Of a DNA stretch of 64,000 nt, positions 37,230 to 48,080 are shown one piece after another (position 1 is the first letter of the stretch; each line of letters starts with the position of its first letter). The notes under the pieces are model-generated. The model saw nothing but the letters and a program-made list of their open reading frames with translations, was not told the DNA's origin and did not search any database. The position numbers and the translations under genes were made by a program. The stretch comes from Candidatus Woesearchaeota archaeon CG10_big_fil_rev_8_21_14_0_10_44_13 (lineage in GTDB: Archaea > Nanobdellota > Nanobdellia > Woesearchaeales > UBA12501): NCBI GenBank assembly GCA_002762985.1, contig PCXZ01000030.1, positions 80,399-144,398 of the forward strand. Reading direction: 5' to 3'.

Positions 37230-38243
37230 CTAATCCGGCCTGTAATTGTAATATCTCCTCTGGTTTATGTCACCGAATCTGTTGTTCTTGACAGCATCCA
37301 TTATCTCTTTTATGCCGTCTTTTGCGCTTTTTGTTGTCTTGAAGCCCAAGGCAGCGATCTTGTCAAAGACGACATTATATGTCCTTTTGTCTTTTATCTC
37401 CTCAATATATGTCACCTTTACGTCGGGGACCATCTTCTCAAACATCGCACCCAGGTCCTTAAGCCTGTAGTTCTCCCTGTCAGAACCGACATTGAATGTC
37501 TGTCCGCATACATTGTCTTCGGGCTGTTCAATCATGAATCTGAATGCATTCGCGACATCAGAGACATGCACCAATGGCCTCCACTGGTCTCCTCCGAAAA
37601 TATTTATGTTCTTTTCCAGTACGGCCCTCTGGGACAGGTAATTAACGACAAGGTCAAACCTCATCCTTGGCGAAAGCCCATAGATTGTTGCCAGCCTGAG
37701 TATGACAGGGCAGAAGTTCTTGTCCTTGTTCTCAAGCATGAATCTCTCAGAATCTATCTTTGTCTCAGCATATACTGAGACAGGATTGAGCTCTGAAGTC
37801 TCGTCCAGCTTTCCTGTAGGGCTTGAGCCATACACTGAACAGCTTGATGCGAAGACGAGCCTCTTCACGCCTGATTTTTTGCATAGCTCCACAATCTTCT
37901 TTGTCGCAAGATAATTCGTCCCTACAGCACGGTTTATATCAACCGAACAAGCCGGATCGCCTACAATTGCTGCAAGATGCACTACTGCTGCAACATCATC
38001 CTTTATGGCTTTTTTCAGGTCATCATCAGACCTTATGTCTCCTTCGATTATATCCAGCCCCGGGTTGCCCCTGACCTCATCAAGGGTTTCCCTGTTGAAC
38101 AGGAATTTATCAATGACCCTGACTTTATATCCTGATTTCAATAATATCCTCACAAGGATAGAGCCTATATAACCTGCGCCGCCTGTGACAAGGACGAACT
38201 TGTTTTTGTATTTAGTCTTATCTTTATTGTCCATTTTTGCCAC
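37230..38243 (-). CDS. NAD-dependent nucleotide-sugar epimerase/dehydratase (SDR)
   Basis: 'VLVTGGAGYIGSILV' and a 'YAETK' YxxxK motif. Confidence 0.65.
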   Translation of the reverse strand: MAKMDNKDKTKYKNKFVLVTGGAGYIGSILVRILLKSGYKVRVIDKFLFNRETLDEVRGNPGLDIIEGDIRSDDDLKKAIKDDVAAVVHLAAIVGDPACSVDINRAVGTNYLATKKIVELCKKSGVKRLVFASSCSVYGSSPTGKLDETSELNPVSVYAETKIDSERFMLENKDKNFCPVILRLATIYGLSPRMRFDLVVNYLSQRAVLEKNINIFGGDQWRPLVHVSDVANAFRFMIEQPEDNVCGQTFNVGSDRENYRLKDLGAMFEKMVPDVKVTYIEEIKDKRTYNVVFDKIAALGFKTTKSAKDGIKEIMDAVKNNRFGDINQRRYYNYRPD

Positions 38244-39198
38244 CCATATTTTTGCCGCCTATGGCAGAATTGAACCATTCTGCTGTCTTTTTTATGCCTT
38301 CTGACAGCACCACCCCGGGCTTCCAACCGAGTTCTTTCTTCGCAAGGCCAGCATAGAGGTAAATCCTGTAGACCTCACCTGGTATCGCCTGGCCATGTCT
38401 TGCGTCGATGCCGGATTTTGTCGCCTTCTTTATCTCAGAGTATATCTGATTGACTGATGTTTCCTTTCCGAAACCTATGTTGAATATCCTGCTTTTAGTG
38501 CTTTTCTCAAGCGCGAGAAGATTTGCTCTTGCGACATCGCCTACATAGACGAAATCCCTTGTTTGCCTGCCATCCCCGTTTATTACAGGGACCTGCCCTT
38601 TTGATATCCTGTCCAGGAATATGGAGATCACGCCTGCTTCGCCCTTGGGATCCTGCCTCGGGCCGTAGACATTCGCATACCTCAATATTGTGTAATCTAT
38701 CCTGTAAAGGAAATTGTAAAGGAAAAAATACTGCTCTGCAGCATATTTAGAGGCCCCGTAAGGGCATATCGGGTGGACAGGATGCTTTTCGTCGCATGGC
38801 ATATACTCCGGCTCCCCATAACAGGCTCCGCCTGAGCTTGAATACAATATCTTTTTTACGCCTGATCTTCTGCAGCATTCAAGGACATTTATTGTGCCTA
38901 TCACATTCGAGTTCGCATCGAACATCGGGTCTTCTACTGATTTCCTGACATTTATCTGAGCTGCCTCATGTATCACAAAATCGGGCTTCTCTTTCTCAAA
39001 GACATCCTTAAGCCCCTGGCCCGTTATATCGACATCGTAGAATTTCGCCTTCTTGCTTATGTTCTCTTTGTTCCCTGTCACAAGATTATCTACAATGACG
39101 ACATCATATCCTTTTTCGATCAGCAGATCCACTATGTTGCTGCCTATGAAGCCTGCGCCGCCTGTGACAAGCACTTTCCCTTTGGTTTTTGCCATCAT
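38224..39198 (-). CDS. UDP-glucose 4-epimerase family (short GalE-like)
   Basis: '[15 protein letters not shown]', 'YGASK' and 'NVYGPRQ' motifs. Confidence 0.7.
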   Translation of the reverse strand: MMAKTKGKVLVTGGAGFIGSNIVDLLIEKGYDVVIVDNLVTGNKENISKKAKFYDVDITGQGLKDVFEKEKPDFVIHEAAQINVRKSVEDPMFDANSNVIGTINVLECCRRSGVKKILYSSSGGACYGEPEYMPCDEKHPVHPICPYGASKYAAEQYFFLYNFLYRIDYTILRYANVYGPRQDPKGEAGVISIFLDRISKGQVPVINGDGRQTRDFVYVGDVARANLLALEKSTKSRIFNIGFGKETSVNQIYSEIKKATKSGIDARHGQAIPGEVYRIYLYAGLAKKELGWKPGVVLSEGIKKTAEWFNSAIGGKNMGGKNGQ

Positions 39199-39213
39199 CT
39201 CATCCCCTTGGAA

Positions 39214-40197
39214 TCATTTTTTTGGATTATTCTTGAAATATTCTATTGTTTTCCCGAGCCCTTCGTCAAGGCCTATCTTGGGCTCCCAGCCGAGCTCTTT
39301 TCTCGCCTTTGTTATGTCCGGCTGCCTTATCTTTGGGTCATCAACAGGCAATGGCTTGAATGTTATCCTGCTTCTTGAGCCTGTGATACTGACTATCTTC
39401 TCCGCAAAATCGATCACCTTCATCTCGTTAGGGTTGCCTATGTTCACTGGATCGTTTATCTTTGACAGAGCGAGCCTGTAAATGCCATCTACAAGGTCAG
39501 TGACATAGCAGAATGACCTTGTCTGGGAGCCGTCGCCAAAAACCGTCAATGGCTTCCCTGCCAAGGCCTGCGTAATGAATGCAGGTACAACACGCCCGTC
39601 ATCAAGCCTCATCCTCGGGCCATAAGTATTGAATATCCTGACTATCTTCGTATCAAGCCTGTAAAACCTGTGGTAAGCCATTGTCAATGCCTCTGAAAAA
39701 CGTTTGGCCTCGTCATAACAGCCCCTCGGGCCAACAGGATTGACATTGCCCCAGTATGTCTCAGGCTGAGGATGCACCAAAGGATCACCATAGACCTCTG
39801 ATGTGCTTGCAAGAAGGAAAACCGCTTTTTTCTTTTTTGCCAGTTCCAATACATTATAAGTGCCAAAAGACCCTATCTCTAGGATTTTTATCGGCATCTT
39901 GACAAAATCAATGGGCGAAGGAGGGCATGCAAGATGCAATACATAGTCTATCTTCTCGTCAATATCAAAAGGCTTGACTACATCCTGCTCAATGAACCTG
40001 AAATCTTTGTTTTTCTTCAGGTGCCCTATGTTCTTCGGGCTGCTTGTGAGGAAATTATCCACGCATATGACCCTGTTGCCCTTGTCGAGAAGGAATTCGC
40101 AGAAATGACTGCCTATGAAGCCTGCGCCGCCAGTTATCAAGAATGTTTTCATGTTATCGTCGCCCGTCATCCTTCTTTTTTTACCTTCCGACACCAT
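39214..40197 (-). CDS. uxs: UDP-glucuronate decarboxylase (UDP-xylose synthase)
   Basis: 'CYDEAKR' and '[10 protein letters not shown]' are UXS hallmarks. An alternative start is at 40152 (MKTFLITGG). Confidence 0.75.
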   Translation of the reverse strand: MVSEGKKRRMTGDDNMKTFLITGGAGFIGSHFCEFLLDKGNRVICVDNFLTSSPKNIGHLKKNKDFRFIEQDVVKPFDIDEKIDYVLHLACPPSPIDFVKMPIKILEIGSFGTYNVLELAKKKKAVFLLASTSEVYGDPLVHPQPETYWGNVNPVGPRGCYDEAKRFSEALTMAYHRFYRLDTKIVRIFNTYGPRMRLDDGRVVPAFITQALAGKPLTVFGDGSQTRSFCYVTDLVDGIYRLALSKINDPVNIGNPNEMKVIDFAEKIVSITGSRSRITFKPLPVDDPKIRQPDITKARKELGWEPKIGLDEGLGKTIEYFKNNPKK

Positions 40198-41479
40198 GAT
40201 AGATAAAGCCGAGCTTTCTCATCTCCTTCGGCTCGTATATGTTCCTTCCGTCGAAGACTATCGGCCTCTTGAGCATGGATTTTACCTTATTCAGGTCAAG
40301 ATTCCTGAACTCGTCCCATTCTGTCACAATGACCAGCGCATCGCATCCTTTAAGCGTTTCATAAGGGTCCTTAGTATAATCAATGTTTTTGAGTATGTGC
40401 TTTGCCGTGTGTTCTGCCTCCGGATCGAACGCAGTGATCTTTGCGCCTTCTTTCTGAAGCTCATTTATGATCGTTATCGAAGGCGCTTCCCTCATATCAT
40501 CTGTCTTAGGCTTGAAGGCCAGGCCCCAGATCGCTATCCTCTTGTTCTTCAGGTCTCCCAGCTCTTTCTTTATCTTAGGGATCATCCATCTTTTCTGCTC
40601 TTCATTGACCTCTTCTACGGCTGTGACTATCTTCATGTCGATGCCATAATCTTTTGCGGTCGAGATAAGTCCCTTCACATCCTTCGGGAAGCAGCTTCCG
40701 CCGTAGCCTACCCCTGCCTGCAGGAACCTCGGCCCTATCCTTGTGTCCAGGCCCATGCCTTTAGCCACCATCTTTATGTCTGCTCCTGCCTTCTCGCACA
40801 GCCTTGCCAGTTCGTTCATGAATGATATCCTTGTCGCCAGCATCGCATTGCTTGCGTATTTTATCATCTCGGCTGTCTTGACATCTGTTACTAGCACTGG
40901 TTTTCCTGTCCTTTCTATGCCTTTGTATATCTCAAGCATCATCTCCCTTGCTTTTGCGTTCTCTACTCCTATGACGACCCTGTCAGGGTTCATGAAATCC
41001 TTTATCGCCTCCCCTTCCCTCAGGAATTCAGGGTTTGACACAAGGTCGAAATCATGCTTCTCCTTCTGGTTCTTCCTTATTATATCTTTAACCTTGTCTG
41101 CTGTCCCTACAGGCACTGTGCTCTTGTCGACAATCACCTTATAGCAGTTCATGTGTCTCCCTATGTCTGCTGCAGCTGAATCAATATATCTCATATCGAC
41201 TGAACCGTCATCATTCGAGGGCGTGCCTACCGCTATGAATATGACATCAGAGCCCTGGATTGCCTTCCTTGAATCTGTCGTGAATGTGAGCCTTTTTTCC
41301 CTCACATTCCTCTTCACATGATCGCTCAGGCCTGGTTCGTATATCGGGATTATGCCTTTTGAGAATTTCTCTATCTTCTCCTTGTCCACATCAAGGCATA
41401 TGACCTCATTGCCCAGGTCTGCAAGGCAGGCGCCTGTCACGCTCCCCACATATCCTGTCCCTATGATTGTTATTTTCAT
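40181..41479 (-). CDS. ugd: UDP-glucose 6-dehydrogenase
   Basis: '[20 protein letters not shown]', 'GGSCFPKD' around the catalytic Cys, and a length of 432 aa. Confidence 0.85.
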   Translation of the reverse strand: MKITIIGTGYVGSVTGACLADLGNEVICLDVDKEKIEKFSKGIIPIYEPGLSDHVKRNVREKRLTFTTDSRKAIQGSDVIFIAVGTPSNDDGSVDMRYIDSAAADIGRHMNCYKVIVDKSTVPVGTADKVKDIIRKNQKEKHDFDLVSNPEFLREGEAIKDFMNPDRVVIGVENAKAREMMLEIYKGIERTGKPVLVTDVKTAEMIKYASNAMLATRISFMNELARLCEKAGADIKMVAKGMGLDTRIGPRFLQAGVGYGGSCFPKDVKGLISTAKDYGIDMKIVTAVEEVNEEQKRWMIPKIKKELGDLKNKRIAIWGLAFKPKTDDMREAPSITIINELQKEGAKITAFDPEAEHTAKHILKNIDYTKDPYETLKGCDALVIVTEWDEFRNLDLNKVKSMLKRPIVFDGRNIYEPKEMRKLGFIYHGVGR

Positions 41480-43047
41480 TTTGTCACCTTCTGTTTATCC
41501 TCGCCCGTGTATGGCGGCATCTTTTGATCATATTCACCAACACCATCAAATTTAGACAACAACCCCTGGATCGCCTGGATTATGTCATACATCTCTTTCC
41601 TTGTATTGAAGGATTCTGCAGTAATCACGAGAACGGGCTGGTTTGATGATGCCCTTATCAGGCCCCAGCTTCCATTATCAAAGATAAAACGGACACCATT
41701 GATCGTCACGAGCTCTTTTATCCTCTTTCCTGCAAAATTTTCACCATTTTTCTTCATTTTCCTGAATATTTCCGTGACTTCATCAACAATATCATATTTA
41801 ACAGAATCATTTGTCGTTGAAGGCTCCAATGTCGGGCTCTGATATGACTTTGGCTGCTGCGACATGATTTCTGACAATGGAGCGTCATTATTGGACAGTA
41901 TTGTGACAAACCACGCTGCTGACATGCATGCATCATCATATCCTTTGCCAAACTTCTGCCTTAGGAAGAAATGGCCGCTTTTCTCAAAACCTGCCAATGC
42001 GCCTATCTCGTCAGATTTGGCCTTTACATAGCTATGCCCTGTCTTGCTGAAAACAATCCTGCTCTTGTATTTATTCAGTATTGTGTCGATTGAATAAGCG
42101 CCGGTTGATTTGACATCAATAACTATGTTCTGCGCAGGAGGCATCTTCTGCACGAGGAACCTTGCGATGAAAAGCCCGACCCTGTCTGAAAATATGATAT
42201 TTCCCTTCTCGTCTACTACTCCCAAACGATCCCCGTCACCATCCACGACAACGCCTATGTCCGCCCCCTGTTTCCTTACGAATTCCCCTATGGCATTCAC
42301 AAACTTCATGTCCTCTGGATTGGGATTGAACTTGGGGAAATCCCAGTCCAGATCGCATTCGAATTCGATTACATCAAAACCGAGGCTTTTTATCAGTCTA
42401 GGGATGAAGTAACTTCCGCCCCCGTTAGCCCCTGAAACAATTACCTTGAGCTTTCTCTTTTTAAGATAAGGCTTCACTGTTTTTTGGATATCTGCCAGGT
42501 ATAACCTGTCCATGCCTTCAAATTTTGAATAATGGCCGGCGCCTTTCATGAATTTTTCAGAATAAACAAGCTTCTTGAATCCTACTATGTCCTCAGGCCC
42601 AAAAGTCTTTGAATATCCTTTTGCAAGTTTCAGGCCGGTCCATCCATTATCATTATGGCTTGCTGTGATCATTGCGGCACTTATCAGTTTCAGGTGATAC
42701 TGGCTGAAATAGAGCATCGGCGTTATTACAACACCAATATCGATTACATCCACTCCTGTTGAGAGCACGCCCGTGATAAAAGCATATGTGTTGCCTTTTG
42801 AATAAGACCTGTAATCGCAGCCTACGCTCATCTTTTTCTTCTTAAGGACCTTTCGTACATATGTGCCATAAGCCTGGCCAAGGACAAAAAAACCTTCTGT
42901 GTTTATTGCGGGCTCAATCTGCTTGCCGCCTTTAGTTAGGGGTATAAGTGGGTTCCTTAGGTCATACTCGCGGAAGAGGTTTTCCCCTATGACGGGGTTA
43001 TCTGCCCACCCATAGCTCTTGAATTTGGCTTTTTTAAGAATTCTCAT
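41476..43047 (-). CDS. α-D-phosphohexomutase (phosphoglucomutase/phosphomannomutase) family
   Basis: 'TASHNDNGW' phosphoserine loop and 'VVDGDGDRLGVVD' metal-binding loop. Confidence 0.75.
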   Translation of the reverse strand: MRILKKAKFKSYGWADNPVIGENLFREYDLRNPLIPLTKGGKQIEPAINTEGFFVLGQAYGTYVRKVLKKKKMSVGCDYRSYSKGNTYAFITGVLSTGVDVIDIGVVITPMLYFSQYHLKLISAAMITASHNDNGWTGLKLAKGYSKTFGPEDIVGFKKLVYSEKFMKGAGHYSKFEGMDRLYLADIQKTVKPYLKKRKLKVIVSGANGGGSYFIPRLIKSLGFDVIEFECDLDWDFPKFNPNPEDMKFVNAIGEFVRKQGADIGVVVDGDGDRLGVVDEKGNIIFSDRVGLFIARFLVQKMPPAQNIVIDVKSTGAYSIDTILNKYKSRIVFSKTGHSYVKAKSDEIGALAGFEKSGHFFLRQKFGKGYDDACMSAAWFVTILSNNDAPLSEIMSQQPKSYQSPTLEPSTTNDSVKYDIVDEVTEIFRKMKKNGENFAGKRIKELVTINGVRFIFDNGSWGLIRASSNQPVLVITAESFNTRKEMYDIIQAIQGLLSKFDGVGEYDQKMPPYTGEDKQKVTK

Positions 43048-43308
43048 TATGCATCCCTAAAAACTGCCTGTTTTTTGGTTACCATAGGCTAATATGTTAT
43101 GGGAGCCATATTTAAATTTTGTTAAAATTCCCCCTATTCTGCAAAAAAGGCCACATAAGCCAATATTGGCCAATAAGGGCTTTTTTTGGCAGATAAGCCC
43201 TTCTTATAACGAAAGCTTTAAATATTAATATATGTTTTTATACATTAATTTTGCAGGAGTAGCAAAATCATGTTAGAATAGCAGAATAAACCAAAAAGGT
43301 GATGTTTT

Positions 43309-43578
43309 ATGTTAAAAATGCAGAAGATATCTGAAACTTATGAACTAAAGGTCTTCACAGACACAGGCGAATATTTCGGCGATGTCGAGGAATCGATCCT
43401 GACAAAGACGAAGGTTTTCGGCTGGAGGGTCAAGGCAACAAAGAATTCTTATCTTGCGAAAGTCCTTGGATCCGCAAAAGGTGTCATTGTCCCGCATCAG
43501 CTTGTGAAGTCCATAGGTGATGTGATGATAATATCGAAAGCTGCGATCCCAAGCTATTCTGGCGAAGGCGAAGCTTAA
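43309..43578 (+). CDS. PRC-barrel domain small protein
   Basis: 89-aa archaeal-type PRC β-barrel ('VFGWRVKAT...GVIVPHQLVKSIGDVMI'). Confidence 0.55.
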   Translation: MLKMQKISETYELKVFTDTGEYFGDVEESILTKTKVFGWRVKATKNSYLAKVLGSAKGVIVPHQLVKSIGDVMIISKAAIPSYSGEGEA

Positions 43579-43681
43579 ATTTTTTTATTAATCTTATTAA
43601 TCTATAATTGATATATGATCTATCTTCATCTGTTTAGATAATTCATATCCAGATATCTCTTCAGATTTATCCTTAATTATT

Positions 43682-45073
43682 TCAGAAAACCATCTCAAAC
43701 TGCCTGCTTTTCTCTGCATCGCGTTTTGCTTCTGTTATGAGTCTCCTGTAGACGGCCTTCATCTTCCCCGACATATCCAGTGTCTCAGGTATGAAAACAG
43801 TCTGCATGCATCTCCTTCTTGTGCAGTCATCTATGACATTCTCCCGGCAGTTGGAATTATCTATATTTCCTTCCCTGACGGACATGTTCAGGAAGGGATT
43901 GTGGTCATAAGGCTCTGGCGTGCTGTGGAAATTGACATCCCCCTGCAGGGTCTTTTTTATCACAATGGGCGCATGCTCAAATGAGCAGGCCAATTCTATT
44001 GATTCGCTGCCTTTCTCATACCTTTCTGCCACCATCTCGTAAGGGCTGTCCTTGAAAACAATCGTGTAGTAGGGCATCTTGGTATAGCCCATCTCAGTTA
44101 TCTTTTCCCTTATCTTCCTCACCCACCTGTTCTCGTTCATCTGGTATGAGCTGCTCCTTCCGAAATCTTTTGTCTTCTGCCTCATGACTGCAAATCTTGC
44201 CAATCCTACATCTCCTGTCCTGTTCAGCGCTGCGCTGTAATGCTCGAATATTTCTGTCAGTCTCCTGTTTATGCTGTAAAGCGTTTCGCCTTTGACATAA
44301 TGCGCTATCAGGACATCGACTTCAAGGCTTGAGAGGAAAGGATTGCTGACAAAATCAAATGCGAGAGTAGGGTTTATCCTCCTTGTGTTCCTCTTCCCAT
44401 AATCGATCGAGAAATCCCTACCTAACCTGAGCTGCATGAATTGTGCTGTCTCAAGGGCAGCTGGATGGGAACCCATCACTCTTAGGTTCTTCTGGCTTTC
44501 AAAATCGCCATCAGGAGCAGAGCTGTATATGTCTTCATACTGTATGAGCCCGGAATCAGTGACAAATGGGTTGTTTATGTGGACGCTGTTGAATCCCTTG
44601 CTCTTTGATTTTATCATTCCTTCGAGGGACCTGCCGTAGATCCTTGGGTTTTCTATTGCGCTCATGCCTCCCTCGACCCAGAGATTCTTTGATCCCTCTT
44701 TCTTCTGTATGCGATCCACAAGTATCCTTTCAAGGTCTTCGATAGGGCATTGCAGCAATCCCTCTTTGCCATTGATCGGGAACTTGGGGCTGTAAGATAG
44801 GGTGCCTTCCTGCATCTTCTGCGTCTCATCCTTTTTGAATGCCTGCCATCTCTCAAGCCATTTTATAAGCTGGGGCTGGGTCGTTATTATGGTGTGGCCG
44901 ATTATATACCTTGCAGGATCACAGAATAAGGTGTTTGACCCCGATCTTATGGCTACCCCGTAATTCCTGGGGAGGATTATGTTCGTTTCTGGGATGTTAG
45001 TTTCAAGAATATCCGCCCCGGAGTCATTTTCCTGCCCTGTTCCCTTGCCTGTATGCCCTGTATCCTGCGCCAT
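43682..45073 (-). CDS. Hypothetical protein (463 aa) with low-complexity N-terminus and C-terminal 4-Cys cluster
   Basis: No recognisable family. The C-terminus has C...C-x7-C-x4-C, and the gene is flanked by AT-rich intergenic DNA on both sides. Confidence 0.3.
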   Translation of the reverse strand: MAQDTGHTGKGTGQENDSGADILETNIPETNIILPRNYGVAIRSGSNTLFCDPARYIIGHTIITTQPQLIKWLERWQAFKKDETQKMQEGTLSYSPKFPINGKEGLLQCPIEDLERILVDRIQKKEGSKNLWVEGGMSAIENPRIYGRSLEGMIKSKSKGFNSVHINNPFVTDSGLIQYEDIYSSAPDGDFESQKNLRVMGSHPAALETAQFMQLRLGRDFSIDYGKRNTRRINPTLAFDFVSNPFLSSLEVDVLIAHYVKGETLYSINRRLTEIFEHYSAALNRTGDVGLARFAVMRQKTKDFGRSSSYQMNENRWVRKIREKITEMGYTKMPYYTIVFKDSPYEMVAERYEKGSESIELACSFEHAPIVIKKTLQGDVNFHSTPEPYDHNPFLNMSVREGNIDNSNCRENVIDDCTRRRCMQTVFIPETLDMSGKMKAVYRRLITEAKRDAEKSRQFEMVF

Positions 45074-45147
45074 ATGAGGGAGAGTGCATCAGGAGTATAA
45101 ATAAGATTGCGGTGATAAACATCACCACAAAATTTATATAGTGATAA

Positions 45148-45882
45148 ATGAGGGGTTTTCCAATGGACATAAAAGTGCTTGAGGATGCAGGATTAACGAA
45201 CACAGAAGCCAGGATCTACACTATGCTGCTGAGGTCAGGCAGTGCTATGGCCGGGAAGATATCAAGGGATACAGGCATCCACAGGAGATCGGTCTATGAT
45301 GCCATAGAGAGACTTGTTGAGAAAGGCCTTGTGTCCTACATAAAGACGAATAACAGGAACTATTTCCAGGCAGAGGATCCAAAGAGGTTCATTGAGCTGC
45401 TCAAGGAGAAGGAAGAGGGCATAAAAGCCGTGCTGCCTGAGCTTGAGGGCCTGAAAAAGATGGCTCCAGAGACAAAGGAGACTACATTCTACAGGGGTAA
45501 GCTGGCAATAAGGTCGATTTTTGACGACCAGATAAACGAAGGGGGTGAGATACTTGTCCTTGGGGGCTCTGAGAATGTCAATGAGATAATGGGCTACTAT
45601 TTCATACATTATGATAAGGAAAGGAAGAAAAAGAGGATAAATGTGAAGATAATATTCAGGGAATCCGCCAAGAAGGGAGATTATGTCAAAAACATACCTT
45701 TGGCAGACATAAGATACATACCTGACAAGAACTCATCCCCTCTGGCAATAAATATCTATGGCAACAAGGTTGCCATAATCCTATGGACAAATGAGCCCAT
45801 AGGCATATTAATAAAAGAGAAGGCCATTGCAGACGGATATACTAAATATTTCGATATGGTATGGGAAAGCGCAAAAAGATGA
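45148..45882 (+). CDS. trmB: TrmB-family transcriptional regulator (sugar-responsive)
   Basis: N-terminal wHTH 'LEDAGLTNTEARIYTMLLRSGSAMAGKISRDTGIHRRSVYDAIERLVEKGLV' plus a C-terminal sensor domain. The likely start is 45163. Confidence 0.7.
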   Translation: MRGFPMDIKVLEDAGLTNTEARIYTMLLRSGSAMAGKISRDTGIHRRSVYDAIERLVEKGLVSYIKTNNRNYFQAEDPKRFIELLKEKEEGIKAVLPELEGLKKMAPETKETTFYRGKLAIRSIFDDQINEGGEILVLGGSENVNEIMGYYFIHYDKERKKKRINVKIIFRESAKKGDYVKNIPLADIRYIPDKNSSPLAINIYGNKVAIILWTNEPIGILIKEKAIADGYTKYFDMVWESAKR

Positions 45883-45924
45883 GAGATCCGGAAAGATGAA
45901 AACCAAAAAGATTAAAAAAGAAGA

Positions 45925-46812
45925 ATGAAAATCCTGATCATAGCGAATCCGAAATCGGGGAAGGGCGCTGCAAAAAAAGTGATGCCCAGGCTGAAGAATT
46001 TCTTTGAAAAAAATTATGCTGAGCTGGATGTATACTTAACAAAAAAACAGAATGATGCGACTGCTAAAGCTAAGGGCGCTGCAAGATCAGGGAGATATGA
46101 CATCATTGCGGCCTGCGGCGGTGATGGTACAGTGAATGAGGTGCTTAATGGGATGGTCATGGCAGGGAAAAAAGGAAAAAAAGTGAGATTTGGGGTCATA
46201 CCGCTGGGAACAGAGAATGTCCTGGCCCAGGAGACAGGGATCCCTTTTGACACATTAAGCGCTGCAAGGGTCATATTGGAAGGGAAAACCATAAACATCG
46301 ACCTTGGCAATGCAAACGGAAGATACTTCGTCCTTATGGCAGGCATAGGATTTGATGCGCATGTGGCTTCAAAGCTTAAGCCTTTTGTCAAGAAGATAAT
46401 AGGGAGGGCTGTATATCCAATTACAGCCTGGAACGAGCTTCTGAAGTATAAACATTCTGAGCTCGATATAACCATTGACAGGAAGATAAAGACTAAAGGG
46501 ACCTACATAGTCGTAGGCAACATAAAGAATTATGGGGCCGGGCTTAAGATCACGCCCAAGGCAAGCATAAGCGACGGTTTTGTCGATGCCTGCATATTCA
46601 AAGGCAAAGACGTCTTCAGTTTCCTGGAATTTATCGGGGGCACTTTCACCAAGAAGCATATGGATCTCTCAACAATAGAATACCACAAGGCAAAAGAGGT
46701 CGTTGTAAGGTCAAAGGATAAAGTGTTGTGCCATGTCGACTGCGAGGTCATAGGCACTACTCCTGTGAGGATAAAGGCATGCCCCGGCATTGTGAAGATG
46801 ATAGTACCTTAA
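45925..46812 (+). CDS. Diacylglycerol-kinase-catalytic-domain lipid kinase (YegS/BmrU family)
   Basis: 'IIAACGGDGTVNEVLNG' and 'IPLGTENVLA' are DAGK_cat motifs. Confidence 0.75.
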   Translation: MKILIIANPKSGKGAAKKVMPRLKNFFEKNYAELDVYLTKKQNDATAKAKGAARSGRYDIIAACGGDGTVNEVLNGMVMAGKKGKKVRFGVIPLGTENVLAQETGIPFDTLSAARVILEGKTINIDLGNANGRYFVLMAGIGFDAHVASKLKPFVKKIIGRAVYPITAWNELLKYKHSELDITIDRKIKTKGTYIVVGNIKNYGAGLKITPKASISDGFVDACIFKGKDVFSFLEFIGGTFTKKHMDLSTIEYHKAKEVVVRSKDKVLCHVDCEVIGTTPVRIKACPGIVKMIVP

Positions 46813-46888
46813 AAGAATTATTAAGATGTTTTTACCTTTGATTTTATCTTCTTTTACCTCCACTCCAAGTGAGCCTACTCTCTCGGCC

Positions 46889-47374
46889 TTATTTATCGTC
46901 CTTCAATACCCTCTCAATCTCCTCTTTTGTTGTTGAATCGACGGTTGAGAACAGAGACAATAATCCTGCCTTCAATCCTGCCCCTTCTGTCACAAGGTCA
47001 TGCGTCATGGGGTACAATGTCCATCTCTTCTCCGTCTTTGAGAAAGGATTTATGAAATAGATGCTGAAATGCCTCTTGAATTTTGCAAGTTTTTCCCAGC
47101 TCTTTATAACTGCGTCAAATGCTTCCTTGGTGTTGTAGACTGCAAGCGAGCAGTTATCATGGCCCTTGAGCCTGTCAAGAGATGATATGAGATTAGAATT
47201 GTCAAGGAACGGCTCGATAAGGTATATGTGCTCTTTTCCGTCCTTAAGCTTTGCTATGACAATCTCCTCTTTCTGGCTGATCTCAAGGATATTCTTCACT
47301 ATGAGATCCTTGTTCTTCACAAACCTCGCAACCCATTCTGCAAGATAATCCCGCGGATTTGCTATCCTGATCAC
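46889..47374 (-). CDS. Hypothetical cytosolic protein co-transcribed with the VSD-like membrane protein
   Basis: 161 aa with no recognised motifs. Its start overlaps the upstream gene's stop by 4 nt. Confidence 0.3.
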   Translation of the reverse strand: MIRIANPRDYLAEWVARFVKNKDLIVKNILEISQKEEIVIAKLKDGKEHIYLIEPFLDNSNLISSLDRLKGHDNCSLAVYNTKEAFDAVIKSWEKLAKFKRHFSIYFINPFSKTEKRWTLYPMTHDLVTEGAGLKAGLLSLFSTVDSTTKEEIERVLKDDK

Positions 47375-48039
47375 CTGTTTTTTTGTTTTGATTGCCCTGA
47401 TTTCTCTTTGCTTATGTCTTCTATCACGTTATGGTGCTCTTTTGTAGGTTTCTCGAAATAAGGCAGTATCTTCAAGAGCCTTGGAATCCTCTGTATCGGC
47501 CTTATCAGCCTGACAATCAACCTTGTGCGGCTCAGCTTCTCTGTTCTTTCTGCTGTCTTCATGAGCCTCAACCCTTCCCTCTCGAGCACTATGCCCTCAT
47601 GCAGTATTGTCGGAGGCTCCATAAAGAGCTGCGGCAGGTTTGATATGAGGTATATCTGCTCAAAAAGCCTGAAAACAAGGAAAAATGGGAAGACTGCAAT
47701 TATATCCAACCAGTGTTTTTTGAGAAACTCAGGTATTTTCCTGACTTTGATGTATTTGAACACAAGATCTATGCAAAAAACCGCCAGTATGAAGTAATCG
47801 AGCACTGAAACATAAAATTCATACGGGCTTATCAGCTCTTCGAACGCAAGGTCAACTACTATCAGGACAAGCAATAAGATGACAAGATAAGGGATGCTCT
47901 TATCTATCACATATTCGATTTTATGGAGTATGTCATGGATCTTCTCTTTTTTTACCATGAAGACCGAGATAAGGTTTTTATTTATTAATGTTTCTGATGG
48001 ATTTGTTGATTGGGGGGCATGGCTGATTGAGAGAGACAA
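47371..48039 (-). CDS. Putative voltage-sensor-domain (S1-S4)-like membrane protein without a pore domain
   Basis: Three hydrophobic helices carry conserved acidic residues ('DYFILAVFCID', 'LDIIAVF'). They are followed by the arginine-periodic segment 'RTRLIVRLIRPIQRIPRLLK' (R every third position), which looks like S4. Confidence 0.3.
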   Translation of the reverse strand: MSLSISHAPQSTNPSETLINKNLISVFMVKKEKIHDILHKIEYVIDKSIPYLVILLLVLIVVDLAFEELISPYEFYVSVLDYFILAVFCIDLVFKYIKVRKIPEFLKKHWLDIIAVFPFFLVFRLFEQIYLISNLPQLFMEPPTILHEGIVLEREGLRLMKTAERTEKLSRTRLIVRLIRPIQRIPRLLKILPYFEKPTKEHHNVIEDISKEKSGQSKQKNR

Positions 48040-48080
48040 AGATTAATAAATGGATTCTGCGCATGATATGCCTGATATTC

